From the NCBI RefSeq assembly GCF_964213995.1, contig NC_135823.1, positions 1,488,001 to 1,552,000 on the forward strand: a DNA stretch of 64,000 nt. The letters run 5' to 3'. Every line of letters starts with the position of its first letter. The first letter of the stretch is position 1. The stretch is from Mustelus asterias. Lineage: Eukaryota. Below the pieces are notes generated by a model that did no database searches, was not told where the DNA came from, and saw nothing but the letters and a program-made list of their open reading frames with translations. Both the position numbers and the translations under genes were made by a program. Shown here in pieces: positions 23,895-37,066 of this stretch.

Positions 23895-26810
23895 GGCACG
23901 GTGGCACAGCGGTTAGCACTGCCGCCTCACTGCTCCAGGGACCCGGGTTCAATTCTGGCCTGAGGTGACTGGCAGTGTGGAGTTTGCTCGTTCTCCCTGT
24001 GCCTGCGTGGGTTTCATCTGGGTGTTCTGGTTTCCCGTCACAGTAAAAAGATGTGTATGTTAGGTGGATCGGCCATGCTCAATTGCCCGTTAGTGTGTCA
24101 AAATGTGCGGATTAGGGGGATTAGAGAGTTTTACATGTGGGATTACGAGGATAGGGTCTCAGTACAATACTCGTTTGGAGAGGTAGTGCAGACTCGGTGG
24201 CCCGAATGTTGAAATTGGATGTGTCATATGTCATAGTCCAAAGATGTATAGATTAGATGGATTTGTCATGCCAAAATGTCCCTTAGTGTCCGTGGTTGGG
24301 GGATTCGTGTGCTAAATTAACCCTTAGTGTCCAATGATGTGCAGGTGAGGTGGGCTGGCCATGCTAAATTACCCATTAAAGTCCAATTTATGTGTAGGTT
24401 AGATGGCGTAGCCATCCTAAATTGTCCCTATTGTCCAAAGTTTGTAAATTAGGTGGATTAGACATTGTAAATTATCTCGTGGAGTCCAAAGACGTGTAGG
24501 TTATATGGTTTAGCCGTCCTAAATTGCCCTGTGGTGTCCAATGATGTGTGGATTAGCTGGATTGTCCATAACAAATTGTCCCATAGTAGAACATAGAACA
24601 TAGAACATAGAACATTACAGCGCAGAACAGGCCCTTCGGCCCACGATGTTGCACCGACCAGTTCAAAAAAAACTGTGACCCTCCAACCTAAACCAATTTC
24701 TTTTCGTCCATGAACCTATCTACGGATCTCTTAAACGCCGCCAAACTAGGCGCATTTACTACTGATGCTGGCAGGGCATTCCAATCCCTCACCACCCTCT
24801 GGGTAAAGAACCTACCCCTGACATCGGTTCTATAACTACCCCCCCTCAATTTAAAGCCATGCCCCCTCGTGCTGGATTTCTCCATCAGAGGAAAAAGGCT
24901 ATCACTATCCACCCTATCTAAACCTCTAATCATCTTATATGTTTCAATAAGATCCCCTCTTAGCCGCCGCCTTTCCAGCGAAAACAATCCCAAATCCCTC
25001 AGCCTCTCCTCATAGGATCTCCCCTCCATACCAGGCAACATCCTGGTAAACCTCCTCTGCACCCTCTCGAAAGCCTCCACATCCTTCCTGTAATGTGGGG
25101 ACCAGAACTGCACACAGTACTCCAAGTGCGGCCGCACCAGAGTTGTGTACAGTTGCAACATAACGCTACGACTCCTAAATTCAATCCCCCTACCAATAAA
25201 CGCCAAGACACCATATGCCTTCTTAACAACCTTATCTACTTGATTCCCAACTTTCAGGGATCTATGCACACATACACCTAGATCCCTCTGCTCCTCCACA
25301 CTATTCAAAGTCCTCCCGTTAGCCCTATACTCAACACATCTGTTATTCCTACCAAAGTGAATTACCTCACACTTCTCCGCATTAAACTCCATCCGCCACC
25401 TCTCGGCCCAACTTTGCAACCTGTCTAAGTCTTCCTGCAAACTACGACACCCTTCCTCACTGTCTACCACACCACCGACTTTGATGTCATCAGCAAATTT
25501 GCTAATCCACCCAACTATACCCTCATCCAGATCATTAATAAATATTACAAACAGCAGTGGCCCCAAAACAGATCCCTGAGGTACACCACTTGTAACCGCA
25601 CTCCATGATGAATATTTACTATCAACCACCACCCTCTGTTTCCTATCCGCTAGCCAATTCCTGATCCAATTTCCTAGATCACCCCCAATCCCATACATCT
25701 GCATTTTCTGCAGAAGCCTACCATGGTGAACCTTATCAAACGCCTTACTAAAATCCATATATACCACGTCCACTGCCTTGCCCCCATCCACCTCCTTGGT
25801 CACTTTCTCAAAAAACTCAATAAGGTTAGTAAGGCACGACCTACCTGCCACAAAACCATGCTGACTATCACCTATCAATTCATTACTCTCCAAATAACTA
25901 TAAATCCTATCCCTTATAATTTTTTCCAACATCTTGCCGACAACAGAAGTGAGACTCACCGGTCTATAATTCCCGGGGAAGTCTCTGTTCCCCTTCTTAA
26001 ACAATGGGACAACATTCGCTAACCTCCAATCTTCTGGTACTATACCAGAGGCCAACGACGACCTGAAGATCAGAGCCAGAGGCTCTGCAATCACTTCTCT
26101 TGCCTCCCAGAGAATCCTTGGATAAATCCCATCCGGACCAGGGGATTTATCTATTTTCAGACCCTCCAGAATATCCTGCACATCCTCCTTATCAACTGTA
26201 ATACTGTCTATTCTACTCCCTTGCAACCCAGTGTCCTCCTCAGCTATATTCATGTCCCCTTGCGTGAACACCGAAGAGAAATATTGGTTCAATGCTTCAC
26301 CAATCTCCTCCGGTTCCACACATAACTTCCCTCTGCCATCTATAACTGGCCCTAAACTTGCCCTAACCAATAGTGTCCAAAGATGGGAGGATTGGCCATG
26401 TTAAGTTAGTGCTGGGTGTCCAAAGCTTTGTAAATGTTGTCGATTAGCCATGCTAAATTACCCTTTGGACTCCAAATATCTGTACATTAGATGGATTAGC
26501 CATGCTAAATTGCCCCTTAGTGTCGAAATATGTGTACGTTAGATGGATGAGCCATGTCAAATTACCCTTTCGTGTGCAAAAATGTGTAGGTTCGATGGGT
26601 TAGCTATATTAAACATGTGGAGCAACGAGCATAGGGAGTGCAGAGGGCCTAGAGATCTTTGGACACGAAGGTGCAATTTAACATGGCCCATCCACCTAAC
26701 CTACACATTTCTGGACACTAAGGGGTAATTTAGCATGGCCAATCTTTGGACTCTACGGGACATTGTGTCATGCTTAATCCATCTAACCTACATAACCTAG
26801 GACCGTGATA
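23895..26810. repeat. HE1-derived 52-bp tandem array split by a young CR1, with an inverted distal part
   Basis: Units at about 24040-24587 and 26370-26610 (+), then 26655-26810 (-). Confidence 0.85.
24588..26369 (-). mobile_element. Young 5'-truncated CR1 LINE with uninterrupted 560-aa RT ORF (24688-26370)
   Basis: KSPGPDG, YRPVSLTS, DFSKAFD, GVPQGSVLGP, FADD; (agaacat)n tail; TSD atagt at 24583-24587 and 26370-26374. Confidence 0.96.
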
Positions 26811-27088
26811 CATGGCACATGATGATCTCTGCATTCAGCTCATCGAGTCTGCACCGATTTTCCAGAGCATTGTGCCGAGACTATAGCCTCGTAACCCCCC
26901 CGTGTTAACACGCCGACCTGCACATCTTGAGACACTAAAGGGCAACTCAGCATGGCTGATCGTCTGGTAGGGAGTCGGTGCAGACTTGAATAGCTTTTCC
27001 TGCTCTTCATGGGTTTTTTGGTATCAATGGCCTGACCTATCGTTCATACTGGTGTGGATTACATTAATAACTTACTTTTCCTCCACAG

Positions 27089-27133
27089 ATACTTTACACT
27101 CGCCTGGCCTTTAATGCGGATCCAACACCCTAA
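27089..27133 (+). pseudogene. Terminal cytoplasmic exon carrying an ITIM (ILYTRLAFNADPTP*)
   Basis: Strong acceptor cttacttttcctccacag immediately followed by ATA CTT TAC ACT CGC CTG = I/LxYxxL, then a stop. Confidence 0.7.
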
Positions 27134-28394
27134 CTGTAGAGTAAAGAGAGAGTGTTCGCCATATGATTCCTGCATATCTAGTGTAGAAACTTTAGCTCGT
27201 GTTGCACACGAAGGTTTGAACGTCCAACGTCCAACTTCAGGCGGATTTCTGGCTCAATTTTAACGATGGTACCCAAAATTCACTCCTAATGCCAACTGTT
27301 CTACAATGAAATAACGCTTGTGGTTCAACGTGAGCCTTTTGAGGTTTCTAATTTCCTATATCGGCGTCTGTAATTCCAGTCAGCATTTTATACAGTATGT
27401 GAGCAAAGCATAATGCAATATATTCAAACAGGGATTGAAAATCAACGGAAGCTGTGTAATTCAAGTTTCTTTAAGGGTTCAAACCAAATGTGTTCAGATT
27501 GGTCCGTTCAGCTGATTAACAAGGACATTTGTGGATTGAATGTATATGCGTTAGAAGTGAGGTTAAGAAGTGACAAGGCAGCTTAGGAACGAGCTGGGAA
27601 TTATGGGTACATGAATATGAAATCTGCAGAGGTAATCGTATCCCGAGCCTTTATTCGTTGTATCCTGGTATTGGTCAATATTTCATATAGCCATAGAATC
27701 CCTACAATAGGGGGAGGAGGGCATTCGGCCGATCGAACCTGAACCAACAGCAATTCTGCCCAGGTCCTATCCCCGTTACCACACGCATTTAAACTCGTAA
27801 TCCCCCGATACAATATAACATTGCCAATTAAGCAAGCGTGCATAGTTTTGGATTGTGGGAGGTGTTGCTGAATGGATTTTTAACTTTGAAATGCTGAAAG
27901 ATCTTCAATCGAACAAACCTGATTTTTCGGTTAAAATTGTTTTTTTTTCACAATGCTAGGATTTCCTTGTGGCCGGTGGACTGGAATTTGTCAAAGGATA
28001 GAAAGTGTCAGATGCAACCGTTTGTCCTTGGCAGGGATGAATTCTGAACAGACCTTTGGGAGCCAGTGTCCCTGAGCTGGAGATTGGAATGTAAACAATG
28101 TGCACTAAAGGTATCTAGAGATGAAGAAGCCTGAAGTGACCAATCATAATATGGTTGGATTTGAGGCCTAATCAAATGATGCAATTTGTGTTCTGAACAA
28201 TTCATTGGCAGGTTATCAATGATCTTTTGTATTTTTATGCTAAGACATAGAGCATGTTCAGAAAGGCAGTGTGAAGAACCCGGGAACCAAGCTCACAAGG
28301 AAAGCCAACATCTGGAAAGAGAAGAGGATTCTCAGTGACAAAAAAATCCTGGCCAACTTTTAATTGCATGTGGAAATCAACCTCAAGTTAAGTC

Positions 28395-29105
28395 CTTAAG
28401 TCCACAGATCCTTTAAGGTGACGACTCAGGTGGAGAAGGTAGTGAAGAAGGCATATGGCATGCTTGCCTTTAAAGGACGGGGCATAGAGTATAAAAGTTG
28501 GGGTCTGATGTTGCAGTTGTATAGAACGTTGGTTGGGCTGCATTTGGAATACTGCGCCCAGTTCTGGTCGCCACACTACCAGAAGGACGTGGAGGCTTTG
28601 GAGAGAGTGCAGAGGAGGTTTACCAGGATGTTGCCTGGTATGGAAGGGCTTAGTTATGAGGAGAGATTGGGTAAACTGGGGTTGTTCTCACTGGAAAGAC
28701 GGTGGATGAGGGGTGACCTAATAGAGGTGTATAAAATTATGAAAGGCATAGATAGGGTGAACGGTGGGAAGCTTTTTCCTAGGTCGGTGGTGACTTTCAC
28801 GAGGGGTCATAGGTTCAAGGTGAGGTGGGGGGGTGGGGGGGGTGGGGGCGGTTTAACACGGATATCAGCAGGACGTATTTTACCCAGAGGGTGGTGGGGG
28901 GCTGGAATGCACTGCCGGGCAAGGGGGTGGAGGCGGACACACTGCGAATGTTTAAGAATTATCTAGATAGCCACATGAATGGAGTGCGAATGGAGGGATG
29001 CAAAATAATGGTGTAGTTTGGACCAGGGAGCGGCACGGGCTTGGAGGGCCGAAGGGCCTGTTCCTGTGCTGTATGGTTCTTTGTTCTTTGTTCTTTGTTG
29101 TTCTT
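28395..29105 (+). mobile_element. CR1 3' fragment
   Basis: ORF 28418-28966 and (gttcttt)n tail. Confidence 0.92.
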
Positions 29106-29719
29106 AAGTAAAGAAACAGATACTGAGAATTTGGTTTATGCATTGCAAATATTGACTGTTGTTTAAGTGGCTAAAGAATAAAGGAAATTATGTTTAATAA
29201 TTTAAAATTGATTTTGAGCCTTTATTCACAACAGAGGTACGAACGCACAGGTTTGGACAGCAGAGGAAACTGGGGCACCTGGAAGAAACCCAGGCAAAGA
29301 CGGGGAGAATGTGCAGACTCCTTACAGTCAGTGACCCAAGCCGGGAATCGAACCCGGTTTCCTGGCACTGTGAGGCCTCATTATTATCCACTGTGTCACT
29401 GTGCCACCCTTATATGTTTATCCCTGAAACAGCATGACCAGCATTGTATTTTCCTGTCTGATAACAGAGTTAAGTGGATTTTATATACTCGAATCTTGGA
29501 ACTGTGACCATTTACAACACAGGAAGAGACCATTCTGCCCGTCACACCTGAGCCGGCTGTATGAATCTGCTTCTCAGTCGTGCATCCTAGCTATCGCCCA
29601 ATGACCCTGACAATTACACAACCATTAACACGCCAACCTATTACTATTTTTTATTCCCATTAATTATTAGTATCTATACTACTGGCAAAATAAGCCAGTG
29701 TTTATGCCTTGGAGCGGTG

Positions 29720-30030
29720 AGGTGGCGCAGGAATTAGCACTGCTACCTCACAGCGCTGGGGTCCCGGGTTCGATTCCGGTCTCAGGTCACTGTCTTTGTG
29801 AAGTTTGCACATTCTCCCCACGTCTGTGTGGGTTTCCTCCGGGTGGTCCGGTTTCCCCCCACAGTCCAAAGATGTGAGGGTTAGGTTGATTGGCCAAGCT
29901 AAATTGACCCTCGAGTAAGGAGGATTAGCAGGGTAAATGAGGGTTACGGGAGTAGGGGCTGGGTGGGATCGTGGTCGGCAAGAACGCGATGGGGTGAATG
30001 GCCTCCTTCTGTACTGTGAAATTCTATGAA
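29720..30030 (+). mobile_element. HE1-type SINE
   Basis: tRNA head and V core. Confidence 0.85.
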
Positions 30031-31839
30031 ATAAGTTTGCTGGCGAAGTTAATGTTTCAAAATCGTTCACATAGTTCTTTAATCACATTGAAATTTCAGT
30101 CAACGAACGAGCAAAATAAAGATTCTGTTTCAGTAACATGATGTGACTGATTTCTGTAAATCGTTTATTCCAGGGAGAAATTAGATGACGCTCGAGGGGC
30201 TAAAGGTACCAAAGGATATTGGGGGAACGGGGGATTAGGATGTTGAATCCGATTATCAGCCATGTTCAAGCTGAGTGGTGGAACAGTCTCGAAGGGCCGA
30301 ATGGCCTACTCCTGCTGCTAATTTCTATGGGTGAGATTCTCCAGCCATGCTCGATTCAAAACCGGAGATCCCACCTGAGATGAATGGACATTTGCATGTT
30401 TCCACGCCAATCACGCCCCCCCTCCCCCCCCCTCCCCCCCCCCCCCCCCCCCCCCACTGCAATTACCAGATGGGCGGGACGGCTTATGTTCCAATTTCCA
30501 TGACAACTTTAATGTCAGTAATATAAGCAGATAGGTCTGGAAACCGTTGTGGTGACGATTACAGGATAATGGGGTCGGTTGTGAAAATCGGGTCTAATCA
30601 ATGTTCTCGGTTGATTTCCATTACTCATGCATGGAAATATTTTTAATTGAATATCGGCGTGTTTGGCTCAAACAGAAACATTCCACACTGAAATTGCGAA
30701 GGGTATGTGGACGCACGCGTTACTATAGGCAGAATGAAAACCCCATTCTGCTCAACACCGTTCATCCATTCCACACGGTTTAACCCTGATCATCCACCAG
30801 TCCAACCATTGTCCCTTCCGTTATTTCTAAGATTTTGCCTCAGAAACCTCCAAATTCGCTGTATCTGGAGAACCATTCCCAATGCCAATCACAGTGTGTG
30901 TGATGGTCGTGTTGATATCAGTCCTTAACTCGCCTTTCAATATGTCGAGCCACTGAGTTTGCAAGAACATAGGAGGAGGCCACTCAGCCCCTCAACGAGT
31001 TTGTTGTGCCATGGCTGATCTGTGCGTAAATTCCATTCATTTGGCATGAATTTGTAACCCTCTATCCACTTACCGAAGAACAATCATGTATCTCAATTTT
31101 GCTAGTTTGAATTGACCCGCAGCATCACCAGATATTTGTGGATGAGAGTTCCGGATTTTAATTTTAAATTCAAGTTTATTTATTGTTGTCACAAGTAGGC
31201 TTACATTCACACTGTAATGAAGTTACGGTGAAAATCCGCCAGTCGCCACACTCTGGCGCCTGTTCGGCCCCACCGCGGGAGAATTTAGGACAGTCAACGC
31301 ACCTAGCAAGCACGTCTTTCAGACTGTGAGAAGAAACCGGAAAACCCAGAGGAAACTCATGCAGTCACGGGGAGAACGTACAAAGTCTGCACAGATAGTG
31401 ACTGGGAATCTAACCTGACCCCAGATCCAACGGCCAAGGATTTTTCAGTCGCCTCGCTACCAGAAGTCACCCAGGCATACTTTGATCTAACTGTTCACAA
31501 GTGAGGACTTGGCAGCGAGGCATCCGAGGGGGAGCTCGGAGATAAGGGGGCGTGTCTGACTCAAAGGGGCCAACTCTGGTTGTACCCGGAGGGAAGAGAG
31601 ACCTTGTGATTGAGAAGCCCTATTTTATCGTTTCCTTTGCCTCTGTCCACTGATGCTGTCAGACCTGATGAGATTTTCTGGCATTTTCTGTTTTGTTTCA
31701 CCCTCCCCCCACCCCTGCCTTGCTCTCTACTCACCCCTTCCGCACAGAGAGGATATATGTTTGCTCTGTCGAACCCCTCGCACTATTCAGTCTTTTTAAA
31801 CAATTTGATCCATTTTACTCCTTAATATTCTAAAGTCAG

Positions 31840-32420
31840 CCACAACTTGCAGTTCCATAAGTCGTTGGTGAGGCCGCAGTTAGAGTATTTAGTACAGTTT
31901 TGTCACCCTGTGATAGGAAAGACATTGGTAAACTGCGAATAGTTCACAGAAGATTTACAAGGATATTTCGTGGACTAGTGGGGATTAGTTATGAGGAGGG
32001 GTTGGCCAGGTTCGGACTTTATTCTTTGGAAAGTGTGGGCTGACCTTATTCAGATGTATAAAATCATGAGTGGCATAGAGAGGAAGAACGTGTGCAGTCT
32101 TTTTCCCAGGGTAGGGGAATTGAAAACTAGGGGCCACAAGCTGGAGGCGAGAGGGGAAAGGCTTTAGAGGGACTTGAGGGGAAACTTCTTCACACAGGAT
32201 ATGGGATGAGCTGCCAGAGAAAGTGGTTGAGGCAGGATCAATAGCAACTTTTTAAAAATAAGCATTTGGATAAGTACATGGATGGGGAAGTGTTAGAGGG
32301 ATATGGGCCAAATGTGGGCAATTGGGACTAAATGGGAGGACACCACGGTCGGCATGGACCGGCTGGGCAAAAGGGTGGGTTTCCACGCTGTATTGCTCTA
32401 TGACCCTATGACTCTATGAT
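31840..32420 (+). mobile_element. Degraded CR1 3' fragment
   Basis: ttggtgaggccgcagttagagta and aacttcttcacacag motifs, ctatgac tail. Confidence 0.8.
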
Positions 32421-33084
32421 CAATATTTCGTGATCTTGCTCGACATTTTCCAAGTCTCTCTATTCCTCAGTTGTTTCTGCATCATTTTACGGGTTCTGGT
32501 TGTACCTTGCAGCACGCCCAGGGCTGAAATATCATCACAGTGCCATGGGGTGCCTCTGGGCTTAATTTAAAATTAATCATCAATCAGCTTGAGACTGTTT
32601 GACAGTTAATGAGCCCTCAAATCATGCAACTAACTTTGATTCCAATTGATAACGACACATTCATTGGTCTTAATGACGGGAATGGTGCTGATCTCAATTA
32701 TTTCTCAGAAAAAGAAGGTAAAATTATAAGTTGAAGTGATATCCTCAAAGTTCATTCCTGGATTGGCCTGTGATTTTAACTGATTTTCCGACATTTCATG
32801 TATCGCTAGGTACCTGAGTGATACCGGATGTCCAATGAAGTAACTTGAAGAACGCAAGGTGCAACTGTTTGCTGGCGTGTGTTTGTTTCTGTGAGTGTGT
32901 GTTTGCGTGTGTGTATGGCGGGGGGGGGGGGGGACGGGGACGTGGGGGGAGGGGAGGGGGCGGGGGGTGGAGGGGTGGTGCGTGGGCGATAAACACATAA
33001 AACTCGTTCAGATGTACACATTCCTGGACAAGAATTCACTAGGCCGTGTTCCAGTCCTCCAGCGAAAAATAATGTCTAAAGGTG

Positions 33085-33825
33085 ATGGCACAGTGGTTAA
33101 CACTGCTGCCTAAGATCGCCAGAGACCTGGGTTCCATTCCAGTCTTATTGACTGTGTGCAGTTTGCGTGTTCTACCCGTGACTGCGTTTGTTTCCTCCGG
33201 GTGTTCCGATTTCCTCCCACAATGTCCAAAGATATGCATGTTAGGCGTATTGGCCATGTGAATTCCCCTTAGTGCCCACAGATGTGCAGGTTAGGTGGAC
33301 CGCCAATACTAAATTGCCCCTTCGTGTCCCAAGATGTGCACGTTGGGTGGATTGGCCATACTGAATTGCCCATTAGTGTCCCAAGATGTGTAGGTTAGAT
33401 GAAATTGGCCATGGGAAATTTCCCCTTACTGTCCAAGGATGCGCAGGTTCGGGGCATTGGTCATCCGAAATTGTCCCTTTGTGTCCAGGATGTGCAGGTT
33501 AGGTTGATTGACCATGTTAAATTGCACTTTAGAGTCCAAGGATGTGTAGGTTAAGTGGATTGGCCATGCTAAATTGTCCCTCAGTGTCCACAAATGTGCA
33601 GGTTAGGTGAATTGGCTATGCTAAGTAGTCAGCTAGTGTCCAATGATGTGTTTGTTAGGGGGATTGGCCATGTCTAATTGCCCCGTAGTGGCCGATGATG
33701 TGTAAGTTAGGGTCTTTAGCGGGGTTAGCATGTGGATGTCTCAGGGCCTGCTTCGCATGTTATCTTCGGCAGTCGGCACTGTCTCGATGGGCTGTATGGC
33801 CTCCTTCTGCAGTGTAGGGAGTCTA
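33085..33825 (+). repeat. HE1-type SINE with internal 52-bp tandem expansion (about 9 units)
   Basis: Intact head, repeated gtccaagatgtgcaggttaggtggattggccatgctaaattgcccc, then tail. Confidence 0.88.
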
Positions 33826-36800
33826 CGAGCTCATAAACAGATTGCAATCTCTGAAAGGATCAGTCGGGACTTGTTGGGAGAGAAAGAGGGACGGATAATA
33901 GCTCCTAATGATATCAGCCGGGATTACAAGAGGAATTTGTTCACCCAGCGAGTGGGGAGAATGTGAGAGTAACTCCAACAGTGAGTGCTTTAGCCGATCA
34001 GGAGATAGGCATGTACGCAAGTAGCTGGATAAACCAATGAAGGCAGAAGGAATAAAATGATATGATGGTGGGGTGGAATGAAGTGGGGATGTGAGGAGAT
34101 TCCTGGGAAGAATAACCAGTAGCCAAACGCTAATGCGTCGCTGATCGAGAGGAATAGTTACAAGAAGAAGGGGTGGACAGGGAGACAGATATCAGGTGAA
34201 ACAAATACTTACACATCAATTTCTTGTGCTACCTTTGTTCATTGTGCTACGCTATTTTTGAGAACGGAACATTTTCGGAATGATATAAATATAGCCCAAA
34301 TTAGGGTGATATCCCCAGTGCCCAGGGGAATGCAATAAGCATTAAGGTTGTTGAGTTCAACTACATTGCCTTTGCACTTCAATTTGAAACAGTATTGACG
34401 TGCACTGTCTTTCACCAGTGTTTAACACAGAACTGCGACGTGCTTCTCTTTGCGGCCTGAGATGTGGGTCGGCTTCTGAACGATAAACAGGAAACGCTGA
34501 GACAAAATCTCCAGTGCGCTAGTTCCAAACACTGTACGTCGTCTCTGCAAAACGTATGTGTAAAGTTTATTTATTCGTGTCATATAAGTCGGCTTGCAAT
34601 TAAGCTGATATGAAAAAAATGCAATTAACACTGCAACTAAGTTACTGTGAAACTCTGCTAATCGCCACACTCCGTTTCCTGTTCTGGTATACTGAGCGAT
34701 AATTTAGCATGCCAATGCACCTAACCAGCCTTTCTTTCGGTATGTGGGAGGAAACCGGAGCACCCGGAGGAAACGCACACAGGCGAGGTGAGAACGTGCA
34801 ATCTACACACAGACAGTATCTCAAGCCAGGACTCGAACCCAGTGCCTGGCGCTGTGAGGCAGCAATGCTAACAACTGTGCCATCGTTACTCATCCCTTCA
34901 CCAGCGACTCACTGTCATCGTACTGTGTAGGATCTACAAACGTGCATGGTAACAATTAGGCAAGATTGGTTTCTGCTGGAAATTGGTGACAGAATCGGAA
35001 GGGACATGCAAACACAACAACCTCCATTTACCCTCCCGACCACATCCCACACTGCCTCTGGACTGTATTGCTGTTGTCAGCACTGCTGCTTCAAAGCGCC
35101 AGGAACGCAGGATAGATTGCTAGCCTTGGGCCACTGTCGCTGCGGAGTCTGCACGTTCTCCCCCGTGTCTGCATGGGTTTCCTCCGTGTTCTCTGATAAT
35201 AAGTAAACTTTAAACAGCTGAAGGTCGAGCACAAATCCCCTCCCCTTGGAACACCGGAAGTTACATGCTGAAAATGATGAATTTGTGTCTCATCCCTGTT
35301 TCAGTCTCATTCAATCTTCTTTTCATAGAACCATAGAATCCCTGCAGTGCAGAAGGAGGCCATTCAGCCCATACATCTGCAACTGAACCAGGCTCATCCA
35401 CAACCCTATGTCAAACATAAATCAAAATAAATTGTCCAAACATCTGACCTCCGAATTGACGTGCGAGGAAAAGCTCCTGACTGGAGTAAATATATTGACT
35501 TTGACCACCTGTGGGGAGGGTCCATCACAAGCTTCTATCAACAGGAACCACCCCTGACATTATTGTTCAATTAGGGCTGGAAAATCATAAAAGGAATGTA
35601 AGGAAACTGGACTGTTTGGTTAATGGGAAATTAAATGGGCTGATTCCTCGCAAGTCATTTTTGAGATCCTCTGCTCCTCTAACTTCAATGCAATGCCCCC
35701 AGCACGTTACAGTAAATTTCAGTGAAACGAGATCCAAAATGTTGTCGAACTTGTTGTCAGGCAAGAATCAGTATCGTTCAAAATTAGAAAGCTCCTGAGT
35801 TCGACTTCATAGAAACATAGAAGATAGGAGAAGGAGGTGGCCATTCATTACGATCATGGCTGATCATCCAGCTCAATAGTCGAATCCAGCTTTTTCCCCA
35901 GGACCTTTGATCCCATTCGCCCAAGTGCTATAACCAGCCGCCTCTTGAATACCTTCAATATTTTGGCATCAACTACTTCCAATGGTAATGAACTCCACAG
36001 GCTCACCACTCTTTGGGTGAAGAAATATCTCCTCACTTCCGTTCTAACTGGTCAACCGTGAATCCTCCGATTGTGACCCCTGGGTCTGGACTCCCCCACC
36101 ATCGGGAATATCCTCCCTGCATCCACCCTGTCTAGATCTCAGTACGTTAAATATCCTTTAAGAATCATAGATATGTTAAACAGAAGGCGGCCATTCATCC
36201 CATCCTTTCCATACTAGCCCGAGGAAACACAGGTGCCCATTCTAATCCCATTTTCGGACACGCAGCCCACAGACCTGTAGCTTACAGCACTTAAGGTGCT
36301 GATCCAGTTACGTTTCAAAAGCGTTTAGGGTCACTGCCTCCACCACCAACTGGGGCAGTGAATTCCAGACACCCACCACCCTCTGCATGAAACAATTCTG
36401 CATTTTGTCCCCTCTATAGTTACTACCACTTATGCTGAATCTGGGTCCCCGGTTCTCGAATTGTCCACCAAGGGAAATAACTTTAGCTTGTCCACGCTAT
36501 CTCTTTCCCTCATAATATTGTACACGTCAATGTACACATCAAAAGTGGTACCCCGCACCACCTTTGGAGATCATCATACAATAGGATCACTGCTCCAATG
36601 TAGAAAGACCTGAAACAAATCTACACGCAACAAGCGAGACATCCATCACCAGACTGCCTTTTATTCCTCTCCCGGATGGAATTTGAGGCAATCTGCATCA
36701 TTTCACACTCTATCTCAGACAGTTCCAAGACCCAATCCCTCCCCCAGAATGAGGCCATAGTCGAAGCTTATTGTCGGGTCAGGGGGAGTGCAGCATGGTC

Positions 36801-36939
36801 AGAGGTGCCATCCATTGAATACAATTTTAAATCTGCCCTCTGGTGAGTGCACGCGATGCCCAAATGAAACCAGAAACCTTATGAAGAGCTGTTCCTGGTG
36901 CTTAATGTTCCGAAAATAAATGCCCTGGTTCCTAATTCT

Positions 36940-37066
36940 GTTGTGGAGATGCCGGCGTTGGACTGGGGTAAACACAGTAAGAAGTCTTACAACACCAGGT
37001 CAAAGTCCAATAAACCTGCTGGACTTACTTGGACTTTAATCTGGTGTTGTAGACTTCTTACTGTCC
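36940..37066. repeat. Penelope-terminus-like fragment forming an inverted repeat
   Basis: Arms 36974-37010 and 37029-37064; related copy at 52333-52480. Confidence 0.6.

Larger units (their letters stand above)
14003..27133 (+). pseudogene. Non-rearranging antigen-receptor-like gene (leader-VJ-C1-TM-cyt-ITIM), pseudogene
   Basis: Six collinear exon-like blocks, most with GT/AG boundaries, in canonical receptor order. Lesions: TGA in leader (14021), frameshift near 16044-16058, TGA in J (16244), SINE at the C1 5' end, CR1 in the C1 3' end. Confidence 0.85.

Noticed and set aside
24688-26370. 560-aa ORF as a host or domesticated RT gene
   Set aside because: 5'-truncated CR1 with tail and TSD; no endonuclease domain or authentic start.
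32825-32867. Minus-strand leader-like QLHLAFFKLLHWTS|gt
   Set aside because: No ATG and no downstream Ig exon on that strand.
34430-34560. CpG-rich unique stretch with possible splice sites (similar ones at 37080-37260 and 58810-58930)
   Set aside because: No recognisable domain or consistent phase in any frame.
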